A stretch of DNA of 48,259 nucleotides from positions 1 to 48,259 of the forward strand of contig JALVFK010000269.1 in assembly GCA_027030065.1 (NCBI GenBank), given 5' to 3'. A program made the position numbers and the translations under genes. Below the pieces are notes generated by a model that was not told the origin of the DNA, did not search any database, and worked only from the letters and a program-made list of their open reading frames with translations. Shown one piece after another: positions 39,034 through 48,259 of the stretch (positions are counted from its first letter, which is position 1; each line of letters opens with the position of its first letter). Origin of the DNA: Desulfurococcales archaeon (lineage in GTDB: Archaea > Thermoproteota > Thermoprotei_A > Sulfolobales > WANQ01).

Positions 39034-40023
39034 GTGGAGATGTGTAAGCCTATACTCGAAGTAAGAGATCTATACGTTAACTTCTATACTTATGCAGGTA
39101 TAGTTAAAGCGATAGACGGTGTAAGCTTTACGGTATGTGAGGGAGAAACGTTCTGCCTTGTAGGTGAGACTGGATGCGGTAAAACTGTTACTTCACGAGC
39201 AATAACTAGATTAGTACCAGAGCCCGGTAGGATAGAGAAAGGCGAAGTAATCTACTATACACCTTACGGTAAGATAAACTTACTAGAACTCCCCGAGGAA
39301 AAACTTAGAGAAATTAGAGGAAAAGAAATAGCATACATATTCCAGGACCCTGCTGCAGCCCTAGACCCTTTATACACTATTGGTTATCAGATAGCCGAGA
39401 CCATGGTTGAACATAAAACAGTATCCAAGTGGAAGGAAGCATTCATAAAAGCCGTAGAAGTGCTCAGGAGCGTACTCATGCCTGATCCGGAGAAGAGAGT
39501 AAAAGCTTATCCACATGAACTTAGCGGCGGTATGAAACAGCGTAGCGTGATAGGTATAGGGTTAAGTAATCAGCCACGTATAATTATTGCAGACGAACCC
39601 ACATCATATCTCGACGTAACTATACAAGCTCAGATAATGGACTTGTTACGTAAGCTTAAGAAGGAAAGGAAGCTAACAATTATCCTCATAACACACAATA
39701 TGGGCCTCGTGGCAGAAATGTGCGATAGAGTAGCCGTAATGTATGCTGGAAACATTGTAGAACTGGGGACGGTAGAACAAGTATTTAAGAACCCATTACA
39801 TCCCTATACTAAGGGCCTCCTAAGAGCAGTACCCAATCCCCTAACAAAGATAGAAAAACTTGAAGCGATTCCTGGCACAGTACCCAACCTAATATATCCT
39901 CCACCAGGGTGCAGGTTCCATCCAAGATGTAGTTATACCATGGATATCTGTAAACGTGAGAAGCCTAGATTAGTAGAAGTAGAGCCAGGACACCACGTTG
40001 CATGTTGGCTTTATTCGAGGTGA
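39034..40023 (+). CDS. dppD: Peptide ABC transporter ATPase (DppD)
   Basis: GETGCGKT, LSGGMKQR, ADEPT and C-terminal GCRFHPRC. Confidence 0.94.
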   Translation: MEMCKPILEVRDLYVNFYTYAGIVKAIDGVSFTVCEGETFCLVGETGCGKTVTSRAITRLVPEPGRIEKGEVIYYTPYGKINLLELPEEKLREIRGKEIAYIFQDPAAALDPLYTIGYQIAETMVEHKTVSKWKEAFIKAVEVLRSVLMPDPEKRVKAYPHELSGGMKQRSVIGIGLSNQPRIIIADEPTSYLDVTIQAQIMDLLRKLKKERKLTIILITHNMGLVAEMCDRVAVMYAGNIVELGTVEQVFKNPLHPYTKGLLRAVPNPLTKIEKLEAIPGTVPNLIYPPPGCRFHPRCSYTMDICKREKPRLVEVEPGHHVACWLYSR

Positions 40024-40026
40024 CAT

Positions 40027-40995
40027 ATGGTGAGTGAAACACTTGTACGAGTAGAGAATCTGAAGAAGTATTTCCCTATAAAGGGCCTGTTATTCACAAA
40101 GGCTTATGTGAGAGCTGTCGATGGTATAAGTTTTGAGATACGTAAAGGTGAAACCCTAGGCTTAGTTGGAGAGAGTGGTTGTGGTAAGACAACAACTGGC
40201 AGATTATTGCTCAGATTAATAGAGCCTACAAGCGGCAAGATAATCTTCGAGAACAGAGACATATCAAAGCTGAAGGGTAAGGCGCTAAAGGAGTTTAGGA
40301 GAGAAGCACAAATGGTGTTTCAGGATCCTTATACTAGCCTGGATCCCCGTATGACTGTCTTTGATATAATAATGGAGCCTCTCAGAATACATCATATAAA
40401 GGTGCCTGATCCGGAAAAATTCGTTATAGATCTATTATATAAGGTCGGATTAAATGAAACACACATCTATAGATATCCTCATGAGTTTTCTGGAGGGCAG
40501 AGGCAGAGGATAGCCATAGCGCGTGTTCTAGCATTAAGGCCTAAATTCATTGTACTAGATGAACCTACTTCTGCTCTAGACGTATCGGTGCAGGCCCAGA
40601 TATTAAACCTATTAAAAGAATTACAAAAAGAATACAATCTAACCTACCTATTCATTAGCCACGACCTAGGAGTAGTCAAGTATATGAGTGATAGAGTTGC
40701 CGTAATGTATCTTGGAAAAATAGTTGAACTAGCACCAGCCGAAGAACTATTTGAAAAACCATTACACCCGTATACTCAAATGCTCTTAGCAGCACTTCCA
40801 ATACCAGATCCCGAATACCATAAGAAGAAGCCGAGGACAAAGATTCTAGGAGAGCCTGGGAGCCCTATTAACCCTCCACCAGGGTGCAGGTTCCATCCAA
40901 GATGTCCTATAGTAAAGGATAAGTGTAGGAGAGAGGAACCTCCACTCGTTGAGGTTGAGCGGGATCACTGGGTTGCTTGCTGGCATTATGGTTGA
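40027..40995 (+). CDS. dppF: Peptide ABC transporter ATPase (DppF)
   Basis: [16 protein letters not shown] and LDEPTSALD. Confidence 0.94.
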   Translation: MVSETLVRVENLKKYFPIKGLLFTKAYVRAVDGISFEIRKGETLGLVGESGCGKTTTGRLLLRLIEPTSGKIIFENRDISKLKGKALKEFRREAQMVFQDPYTSLDPRMTVFDIIMEPLRIHHIKVPDPEKFVIDLLYKVGLNETHIYRYPHEFSGGQRQRIAIARVLALRPKFIVLDEPTSALDVSVQAQILNLLKELQKEYNLTYLFISHDLGVVKYMSDRVAVMYLGKIVELAPAEELFEKPLHPYTQMLLAALPIPDPEYHKKKPRTKILGEPGSPINPPPGCRFHPRCPIVKDKCRREEPPLVEVERDHWVACWHYG

Positions 40996-42281
40996 TGTAT
41001 TATTTTTGATATAAAGAATCCTTCTGTTCTATGGATATGGGGGAAAAACCTTCTCACTTTAGCAGCTATACTGTATGTGCTGTATCCAGGATGCCCTTTT
41101 CGTAGAGGTTCTTCTAGTATTATATTTGGCTTGTTCTTTACTATTTTCTCTATGATCTCTTCTCCTTCCCATGGGATTAGAGAACATGTAGCATAGATCG
41201 TTTCTTCTGCTTCTTCAACCACGGTGTTGAGGAGCCCGTATTGAATTTTAGGGAATCTTTTTATCCATGAGATATCGTCTAAGTGAAGTTTTACTGCTGG
41301 ATCTCTGGGAATGGTTCCACTTGAACTACATGGTGCGTCTAGTAGGGCTTTGTCTACTCTACTACGGGTTATCCTATGTATTGAGTCCGCTAACAGTATT
41401 TCTACTCTGTTCATGTCCACACCGTAATGTCTGAGTAATTTTACCATACTGTTCAATCTATTCCTCGATATATCTATGAGGATGAGGTCAGCTTTATTAT
41501 CGGTTAACTGCATTATCAAACTAGCCTTAATCCCAGGAGCTGCGCATGCATCAAGGAATTTCTCGTTAGGTTTAGGTTTTAGTGCTTCTACAACCATAGC
41601 ACTTGCTTTATCCTGTGTTATTATATAGCCTTGTTTTAATAGTTCTAGCTGATATAAGGGTTTCTTATAGTCTATTACTTTAAGCATATACCATAAATCT
41701 TCATCAACTTCGAAAACCACATCTTCAGCCTCTAATAGTTTAAGCGCCTTATCGTAGTCTATCTTCAACGTATTTATCCTTATCCAATAGTATTCTTTGT
41801 TCATAGCATCTAAGAGCTTAGACGCCTCGATATAACCAATGCGTTCGACTATTAGTTTGGTGAACCATAGGGGATAGGATTTCTCAATGGCTAGTTTCTC
41901 TATTCTATCCTCTACACTAGCAATAATCTCATCGAAGACTATGTGTTTCGGAAGAGATTTAACATACTTTCTTCTGACTCTATTATATTCTTTTAAGTCT
42001 TCAAGATATTTTTCTCCAAAGAAGCTTAACCACAACATTACTAGTCTTCTATAACCCTTATTGGCTCCATATATTTTTCTTTCAAGAAATCTTAGCTTGT
42101 AGTAATCTAACGTAATCCTCCATGATACCTCATAGAATCTTCTAAGACTATAACCCTTCAATTTATCCTTCATATCCCTAACAACATATTGAAACGCCTT
42201 ATCAAATGATAACTTATGCTTGTGCGCATAGTATAGTAGCCTTGACGCAAATGCTACCAAATGCTTGAGATACTTTGACAC
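40986..42281 (-). CDS. RsmB/NOP2 (Fmu/Sun) family RNA m5C methyltransferase
   Basis: QDKAS, DACAAPG.K, LDAPCS, YATCS and EGFFIS. Confidence 0.92.
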   Translation of the reverse strand: MSKYLKHLVAFASRLLYYAHKHKLSFDKAFQYVVRDMKDKLKGYSLRRFYEVSWRITLDYYKLRFLERKIYGANKGYRRLVMLWLSFFGEKYLEDLKEYNRVRRKYVKSLPKHIVFDEIIASVEDRIEKLAIEKSYPLWFTKLIVERIGYIEASKLLDAMNKEYYWIRINTLKIDYDKALKLLEAEDVVFEVDEDLWYMLKVIDYKKPLYQLELLKQGYIITQDKASAMVVEALKPKPNEKFLDACAAPGIKASLIMQLTDNKADLILIDISRNRLNSMVKLLRHYGVDMNRVEILLADSIHRITRSRVDKALLDAPCSSSGTIPRDPAVKLHLDDISWIKRFPKIQYGLLNTVVEEAEETIYATCSLIPWEGEEIIEKIVKNKPNIILEEPLRKGHPGYSTYSIAAKVRRFFPHIHRTEGFFISKIIHQP

Positions 42282-42466
42282 GTTATCTACCTTGTCATCA
42301 GAGGAGATACCTACTATTGGGGATAATGATTATTTTTATAACATAAAAGTTTTAATTGTCTCCCTTCTTTCCGAAACACGGAAAATATTCGTTGATGCTA
42401 CTTGGATGAATTCAACACGCTATGGCTACTCCAGTATTATTCCAATAACCTCTTGGTGTTAGGAGA

Positions 42467-43498
42467 TTGATTGGAGTAGACATATATGTTGTATTAGGGC
42501 TTCTAGCCGCGTTATATATAGCGTGGAACCTCGGTGCAAATGATGCGGCAAATCCAACGAATATGGCTGTGGGTTCTGGAGCTATTACACTTAAGAAAGC
42601 AATACTGTTGTTCGCGGTCTTTGCAGCTATAGGCGCTATTGCACAAGGATACATGGTTATGAAGACTATTGGTAAGGGTGTTGTACCCGATATAGATGCC
42701 GTTGGAGCTCTCTCGGCTAGTGTTGCTGCTGGTCTATGGGTAACTCTTTCGACATGGAAGGGATTGCCTGTCTCTACTACGCATAGCAGTGTTGGTGCAG
42801 TATTGGGAATAGGTTTTGCATACATGGTATTAAAGCATCAGCAAACCCCAATTAACTGGGATGTTGTAGGGAAAGTAGTGTTAAGCTGGATTACTTCTCC
42901 TCTATTAGCAATAGTCTTAAGCATTGGTTTATACATGTTGTTTTCAAAAATAGCTCTAAGCCTATATAGTAAAGGCTACAACGTCGACAAAATCTTCAAG
43001 TACTTATTGCTTGCTAGCCTAGCATTCTCGGCATATGCCTATGGTACAAACGATGTTGGTAACGCAACGGGGGTATACGTAACGGTTATATCAAAATTGT
43101 ACGGACTCCCCGATATGAATACTATGTTCTTCTTAGCCTTACTTGGTTCAGCGGGTATAGCTTTAGGAGCTTTTACCTGGGGTTATAGGGTTATAAGAAC
43201 GGTGGGCTTCGAGATAACGAGACTAGACTATGTAACGGGTAGTGCTGCGGGTTTATCTAATGCCCTCATAGTTTGGGTCTTTAGTACAGTCCCTAAGATA
43301 TTGTTTGGCTATGGTATGCCGATATCAACAACCCATGCAAGCGTTTCCTCAATCATAGGTGTTGGCATTGCTAAGGAAAGGAGCTTAAAGGCTATTAACT
43401 GGAAGACTGTTGGAGTTATAATAATCTCATGGTTACTCACAGTACCTATAGCTGCATCAATTAGTTTTATAATATACTTTATACTAACCATTATATGA
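42467..43498 (+). CDS. pitA: Inorganic phosphate transporter (PiT family)
   Basis: GANDAAN, PVSTTH, GTNDVGNA and PISTTH. Confidence 0.93.
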   Translation: MIGVDIYVVLGLLAALYIAWNLGANDAANPTNMAVGSGAITLKKAILLFAVFAAIGAIAQGYMVMKTIGKGVVPDIDAVGALSASVAAGLWVTLSTWKGLPVSTTHSSVGAVLGIGFAYMVLKHQQTPINWDVVGKVVLSWITSPLLAIVLSIGLYMLFSKIALSLYSKGYNVDKIFKYLLLASLAFSAYAYGTNDVGNATGVYVTVISKLYGLPDMNTMFFLALLGSAGIALGAFTWGYRVIRTVGFEITRLDYVTGSAAGLSNALIVWVFSTVPKILFGYGMPISTTHASVSSIIGVGIAKERSLKAINWKTVGVIIISWLLTVPIAASISFIIYFILTII

Positions 43499-43508
43499 GG
43501 CCCAGAGT

Positions 43509-44171
43509 ATGGTTGCAACTTGGGGCTGGATTGCCCGTACACGGCAAAGAGAAATAATAGAAATGTACAATAGACATATAGATAAGATTATTGAAACAGT
43601 TGAACATACACTTAGAATGATAGAATACTATAAGATTAGAGACCTAGAGAACGCAAGGAAGGAATACGAGATCGTTTTTGAAAGAGAGAAAGAAGCTGAT
43701 GATATTAAGAGACAAATAATAGCCGAGCTATCAAAGGAACTCTTCCATCCAATAGATAGAGAAGAACTATTGAGAATGATTCTCACAACTGATGATATAG
43801 CAGCCTATGCTAAAGCAATGACTCGTAGACTGTTGCTAATAATAGAGGAGGAACTCGATGAGGGAATAGTTGAAGACTTAATGAGGATGGCAGCACGCAT
43901 ACTAGATGCAACGAAGCTAATTAAGGAGGCTGCTAGAAAACTAATAGAGAGCCCCAAGGAGGCATTAAAAATAGCTGACCGTATAGAGAGGTTGGAGGAG
44001 GAAGTTGATGAGATAAGAATGGAGGCATTGGAGAAAGTTATGGTGTTTTGTGATAAGTCCAAGAACTCGCTATGTATTATCTCTAAGGATCTAGTAGATT
44101 CTCTAGAAAACGCTAGTGATAGATGTGAAGATACCGCTGATGTAATACGTAGTATAGCGTTACTAAGATAA
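43509..44171 (+). CDS. DUF47/TIGR00153 phosphate transport regulator
   Basis: E..AD.IKR, P.DREE and ASDRCED, directly after the PiT gene. Confidence 0.9.
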   Translation: MVATWGWIARTRQREIIEMYNRHIDKIIETVEHTLRMIEYYKIRDLENARKEYEIVFEREKEADDIKRQIIAELSKELFHPIDREELLRMILTTDDIAAYAKAMTRRLLLIIEEELDEGIVEDLMRMAARILDATKLIKEAARKLIESPKEALKIADRIERLEEEVDEIRMEALEKVMVFCDKSKNSLCIISKDLVDSLENASDRCEDTADVIRSIALLR

Positions 44172-44234
44172 CGCTTCAAGCGTCTTTTCCGATAATTTAT
44201 TTTTGCCTGGCAAGTATAGTTTAATGGTGATTCT

Positions 44235-45020
44235 ATGAGATACCTAGCATTGTATAAGAGTAGTAGTGGCTACTTTGAGATAGAATTAGAAGGTGAAAAT
44301 GACCTGAAAATAATTGATATTACACGTGCTGGTCGATTGCCAGGTAGAGCTCAAAGCCTTGAGGATCAGGCTTGGGAGATTGCATGGAGAAGCCCTCTTT
44401 ACTGGGAATATGTTGTCAACATGCTACACTACGTCATAGTACCCTCAAAGGGCTGGCAGGTAAACCAGGAATTTCCCGCCTGGATACCCCATTATATTGC
44501 GATAATAGGTGCGAGAGCACTAAAAGATGCAGTACTCAATCTCTACGAATACAATAGCTTACTAGAAGAGGATAAGAGGGATGAAGCACGTAGTAGGTGG
44601 AGAAACGCCATATTATTTCTAGGATTATCTGAGCAAGTATACTGGCGGCTAACATTAGAATTAATCCCAGGGCTCTCAGGCTTCCTTAGGCGATTTAGAG
44701 AACACCTACAAGATATGATGGCGACTAGAAAAGTATCAGAGAAAATCCTAGAACCTCTTGTAGTGTTTGCTGAAGAGTTCCCATCAACTGATGGTGGTGA
44801 CGCACCAATAACAAGGGTCGGATGGAGTAATAAGTGGCTTGATCTAGTAGAGCAAGCCTATGATCATCTCGGATTTAAGCATGTTTACGTTCACTTCGAC
44901 TACGAGGACTATGAGAAAAAATCTAGGGAGATAGCGAAAAAGAAGCCATACATAGAGTTTGAGGGCAACTTACTGTTCTTTGAACAGTTATCGCCAATAT
45001 TTCTTGAAGAGACTGGTTAG
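44235..45020 (+). CDS. Hypothetical protein
   Basis: 261-aa ORF with a GGTGA SD and no recognised motif. Confidence 0.65.
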   Translation: MRYLALYKSSSGYFEIELEGENDLKIIDITRAGRLPGRAQSLEDQAWEIAWRSPLYWEYVVNMLHYVIVPSKGWQVNQEFPAWIPHYIAIIGARALKDAVLNLYEYNSLLEEDKRDEARSRWRNAILFLGLSEQVYWRLTLELIPGLSGFLRRFREHLQDMMATRKVSEKILEPLVVFAEEFPSTDGGDAPITRVGWSNKWLDLVEQAYDHLGFKHVYVHFDYEDYEKKSREIAKKKPYIEFEGNLLFFEQLSPIFLEETG

Positions 45021-46429
45021 GGTAGGGAGGGTTTTAGAGCTCTAACTATTTTTATTAAATGTTCTTCTTCATCTATCATACCGTAGGTCAACACTATTAT
45101 ATCACCATAACATATTTCATTGCGCTCTATTAGTATACGATAAGTTTCTTTTAATCCGCTCATATAGTCTTCTGCTTCTACTTTAAGTGACTTTACTCCC
45201 CATATTATTGATAATTTCCTCAATACTTTATCGTCGTTTGATGTAACATAAAATGGTATATTGGGTCTATATTTTGCTATTCTTAAAGCAGTATTGCCAT
45301 GCTTAGAGAATACTGCTAGTTTTGCTTCTAGTTCTTCAGATAGCACTACTACGCTATAAGCAAATCTTTCCTTTACGTTTTTCTCATCAAGAGGCTTTGG
45401 CCTCGGGTAATTGATTTTACCCGAGTATTTCTCAATGATTTTCTTCAACCATTTAACGGTTTCTAAGGGATATTTTCCGACGGCAGTCTCACCTGTAAGC
45501 ATTATGGCGTCGGCTCCCTCAATCATTGCGGTTACAACGTCAACTATTTCTGCACGAGATGGTGTTGGAGATTCCACCATTGATCCAAGTATTTGTGTTG
45601 CTACTATAACTGGTTTACCTCGTTTAAGGCTCTCACTTATTATTGTTCTCTGAAGCCAGGGTATATCTTCTAATGGAAACTGCATTCCAAGGTCTCCACG
45701 AGCTACTAAGACTACGTCTGACTCCTTTATTATGCTCTTAAGGTTTCTAACTCCACTAACCGTTTCTACTTTAGCTATCACTCCTATATCCGTTCTACCA
45801 TACTCCTCGATAATGCTCCTTAGAGCACGGATATCGTCTCCGCTTCTCACATAACTTAATGCTATGTAATCGAAATCATTTCTAACGGCAAACTCTATGT
45901 CTCTGAAATCCTTGCTCGTTATAGCTGGTAGTTCTACCTCTTTTCCACGAATAACTATGGCTTTGTGAGAGGATATCTTTCCCTCTGTTAATACTCTTGC
46001 AATAACTCTATCAGCATAGACCTCTTCTACTGCTAAGACTAAGCGGCCGTCATCCATTAACAAACGGTCTCCTTCTTCAACAGTTTCAAAGAATTTTTCT
46101 ATAGGCAACGGTAGTTTTCGCTCACCCTTACCCGCCTTATCGGCTAATACTATCTCTACAATATCGCCACGCTTTACAGTGAAGGGTTCTTCAACAACAC
46201 CCAGCCTTACTGAAGGGCCTTGAAGATCTCCTATTAATGCTAAATGTCTTCTAGTCTTTTTCTCAGCCTCCCTAACATTTTTCACAAGACCAAGCCACTC
46301 GTCCACGTTTCCATGACTAAAGTTTATACGGAATGCTGCTACACCTTCTCTAGCCATAGCCGTTATGGTTTCCAATGAGGAGGAAGCTGGACCTAGAGTC
46401 GCAATAATTTTTACACGTGGGTGAGGCAT
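45017..46429 (-). CDS. pyk: Pyruvate kinase
   Basis: ATLGPAS, RINFSHG, VARGDLG, PTPSRAE and MLTGETA.GKYP. Confidence 0.97.
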   Translation of the reverse strand: MPHPRVKIIATLGPASSSLETITAMAREGVAAFRINFSHGNVDEWLGLVKNVREAEKKTRRHLALIGDLQGPSVRLGVVEEPFTVKRGDIVEIVLADKAGKGERKLPLPIEKFFETVEEGDRLLMDDGRLVLAVEEVYADRVIARVLTEGKISSHKAIVIRGKEVELPAITSKDFRDIEFAVRNDFDYIALSYVRSGDDIRALRSIIEEYGRTDIGVIAKVETVSGVRNLKSIIKESDVVLVARGDLGMQFPLEDIPWLQRTIISESLKRGKPVIVATQILGSMVESPTPSRAEIVDVVTAMIEGADAIMLTGETAVGKYPLETVKWLKKIIEKYSGKINYPRPKPLDEKNVKERFAYSVVVLSEELEAKLAVFSKHGNTALRIAKYRPNIPFYVTSNDDKVLRKLSIIWGVKSLKVEAEDYMSGLKETYRILIERNEICYGDIIVLTYGMIDEEEHLIKIVRALKPSLP

Positions 46430-46436
46430 GGCCTTA

Positions 46437-47222
46437 TTACCTCTTTTCCGTTGTTAGTGTTTTCAACTCAGCTAAAGCCGTTCTAACACTTTCCATAATC
46501 TTCTTTATGTCTACAACCATTATCTTTCCTCCCTTACCTATAGTATATGGTACCCAGTCAAGAGAGTGAGAGGCTCCTTTAAGCTTACGTACTCTAAGCC
46601 TTCTTAAAGGAATACCCAATTGCTCTAGACTTGGATCAAATCCCATTTCAACAAAGGAGTCGGATACGTATTCTATTGTTGAATATATTTGCTCTAACCC
46701 GGGGATACCACTATGCAGTACTATTATCGATATTATGCCATAACGTTTAGATAATGCCTTCAACCCCTTAATGAAGTCTAATACTATACCCGGCTCATTC
46801 CTCAATATTATCTCATTAATACTATCAATAACTAATAATTTAACCTCAGAAGCATATGTTTTAACTGCATTATATATAGTGTTTAAAGCCTCTATAAGAT
46901 TCATAGGATCCACTACAGTATACCCAGCCTCCTCTAGGCCAGGTAGACGGACTGAAAAACCATCAAGTACTAGAACTCTATCCCTAACACTACTAGGCTC
47001 AATACCACCAGCTGACTCCAACTCAGCAATTACTTCACCTGGATCCTCGTCAAACGCTATATATACTACCTTCCCACTGCTAGATAAAACATTCAAAACA
47101 GCATAACGCACGAAGACACTTTTACCAATACCAGGAGGCCCAGCAAATACAATCATACTACCCCTACGAACACCCTCGACCAGACCATCAAAAACTGGTA
47201 TACCCAACTTAATGAGACTCAA
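46437..47222 (-). CDS. RAD55/KaiC-like RecA-superfamily ATPase
   Basis: GPPGIGKS, LVIDS and R.LRVRKLKG..H. Confidence 0.88.
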   Translation of the reverse strand: MSLIKLGIPVFDGLVEGVRRGSMIVFAGPPGIGKSVFVRYAVLNVLSSSGKVVYIAFDEDPGEVIAELESAGGIEPSSVRDRVLVLDGFSVRLPGLEEAGYTVVDPMNLIEALNTIYNAVKTYASEVKLLVIDSINEIILRNEPGIVLDFIKGLKALSKRYGIISIIVLHSGIPGLEQIYSTIEYVSDSFVEMGFDPSLEQLGIPLRRLRVRKLKGASHSLDWVPYTIGKGGKIMVVDIKKIMESVRTALAELKTLTTEKR

Positions 47223-47348
47223 GCAACCACCACTAAAACTATAATCAATTAAAAATTAAAAAATACCGGAAAACAACACCAACACAAACCACAAAACAAT
47301 TAACAATATCACTTAAAAACCCTCACCCAATACAATAACACCACGTGT

Positions 47349-47425
47349 GCCGCCGTAGCTCAGCCCGGTAGAGCGCCGGCCTTGTAAGCCGGTGGCCGCG
47401 GGTTCGAATCCCGCCGGCGGCTCCA
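47349..47425 (+). tRNA. tRNA-Thr(TGT), intronless, CCA encoded
   Basis: Acceptor GCCGCCG/CGGCGGC, anticodon arm CCGGC-CTTGTAA-GCCGG and T-loop GGTTCGAATCC. Confidence 0.97.
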
Positions 47426-47523
47426 CATATACTATTTACTTATATAATGCATAAAATGTAGTCGTTTGAGACGATAGTCAAGATAATCAAGACTCTAGGC
47501 GTGGTCAGGTAACAAGGTTCTCT

Positions 47524-47769
47524 TTAACAATCTTCTTCGTATGCCTTCAGGAAGTCTTCTCTATCTATTTCTGCTAGTTGGAGTACACCAAGGAGAGTAC
47601 CAGGCTTCAACTCTGGGTGAAGTGGTACAACAGTCACTATTTTTCTATCACCAGCATACTTGACTAGGACTATGTGACTCCCACGCTGTCTTCTCGCAGT
47701 AAACCCGAATTTCTTGATAAGTAGTTCTACAACTTCACGCCCTGACAGCCTTGGGAGCCTTCGCCTCAA
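47524..47769 (-). CDS. hicA: HicA-family toxin
   Basis: GF...RQRGSH..L and VPLH.EL..GTL..IL motifs. Confidence 0.92.
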   Translation of the reverse strand: MRRRLPRLSGREVVELLIKKFGFTARRQRGSHIVLVKYAGDRKIVTVVPLHPELKPGTLLGVLQLAEIDREDFLKAYEEDC

Positions 47770-47971
47770 CTTCTAGCACACCTACAATGCTTTTGTCGAG
47801 TTGCTCCAACGTCTCTAACGTCTCGGGAACCTCTTCCATGTACAACTCTAGTGCCTCTCGGAGATTTTCAACAGCCTCCTCAACTGTTTTACCTTGGCTA
47901 GTAACCCCTGTAGCAACCTCTCTGGCAACATACATATCCTCCTCACGCCAAACAATGACCCTTATGCGCAT
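47735..47971 (-). CDS. hicB: HicB-family antitoxin (short form, no DNA-binding domain)
   Basis: GVTSQGKTVEEAVENLREALELY motif. Confidence 0.92.
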   Translation of the reverse strand: MRIRVIVWREEDMYVAREVATGVTSQGKTVEEAVENLREALELYMEEVPETLETLEQLDKSIVGVLEVEAKAPKAVRA

Positions 47972-48132
47972 CCTAGGAGAACACCCCTTAAGACTATACT
48001 GCTTCTAGGATAAAATCCTTGGTGGCTCGTAGATGTTTCAAAAAGCATCAATGAATATCTTCTTAGATATTGCACTACGCATAAGATATTTCAGCTTTCC
48101 ATTGCTTACTGAAATATTCTTTTCGAGAATCT

Positions 48133-48189
48133 GGCCTTGTAAGCCGGTGGCCGCGGGTTCGAATCCCGCCGGCGGCTCCACATATACTA
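48133..48189 (+). repeat. att-like direct repeat duplicating the tRNA-Thr 3' half plus 9 nt
   Basis: GGCCTTGTAAG...GGCTCCACATATACTA is identical to 47378-47434. Confidence 0.93.
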
Positions 48190-48259
48190 ATGTCTCTTAA
48201 GATCATTGATTAATCATACTTCATGTTGTTTTATTATGTTAACTGTCTATGTGTGTGTT

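Larger units (their letters stand above)
47378..48189. mobile_element. tRNA-Thr-integrated islet bounded by 57-bp direct repeats
   Basis: Identical 57-mers at 47378-47434 and 48133-48189. The only recognisable cargo is hicBA. Confidence 0.8.

Noticed and set aside
42265-42466. Leader peptide or riboswitch upstream of the PiT gene
   Set aside because: Only short, weak hairpins are present (e.g. TTCCG/CGGAA), and the 65-aa ORF has no recognisable features.
44235-44520. Faint resemblance of the hypothetical protein's N-terminus to a hydrogenase large subunit
   Set aside because: The HRG and CxxC motifs are absent, so the similarity is not supportable by eye.
947-48008. Many short antisense or nested ORFs in the track (e.g. 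947-1231, 6370-6801, 13144-13551, 42412-42825, 47751-48008)
   Set aside because: They are shadows of well-supported genes on the opposite strand or in another frame and carry no motifs.
48133-48180. Second tRNA gene or split-tRNA half
   Set aside because: It lacks the 5' half and any complementary leader. Identity extends 9 nt past CCA, as expected for an att duplication.

Overview
AT-rich archaeal chromosome segment, most consistent with a hyperthermophilic crenarchaeon of the Desulfurococcales type (rpl13e, rps25e, Hjc, PINA, PBP2, crenarchaeal AdoMetDC). This assignment is inferred from gene content only. The window is mostly housekeeping: an Mrp/Mbh-type membrane module running off the left edge, a separate four-gene group-4 [NiFe]-hydrogenase soluble module, hypF/hypCED, stomatin-NfeD, a Dpp/Opp ABC transporter, PiT phosphate transport, pyruvate kinase and tRNA-Thr(TGT). 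The most unusual signals are: (1) a GC-rich H-type RNA pseudoknot with two mismatch-free stems 5 nt after the stop codon of the AdoMetDC gene; (2) a SWIM-NurA-HerA(+SWIM) locus with no adjacent Mre11/Rad50; (3) a 755-bp integrase-less islet carrying only hicBA, bounded by a 57-bp duplication of the tRNA-Thr 3' half; (4) a circularly permuted peptide-binding protein; (5) a zinc-finger microprotein coupled to hjc and missing from the ORF track; (6) two candidate C/D box sRNAs; and (7) a bactofilin-like protein. All family calls come from motif recognition by eye, without database searches.
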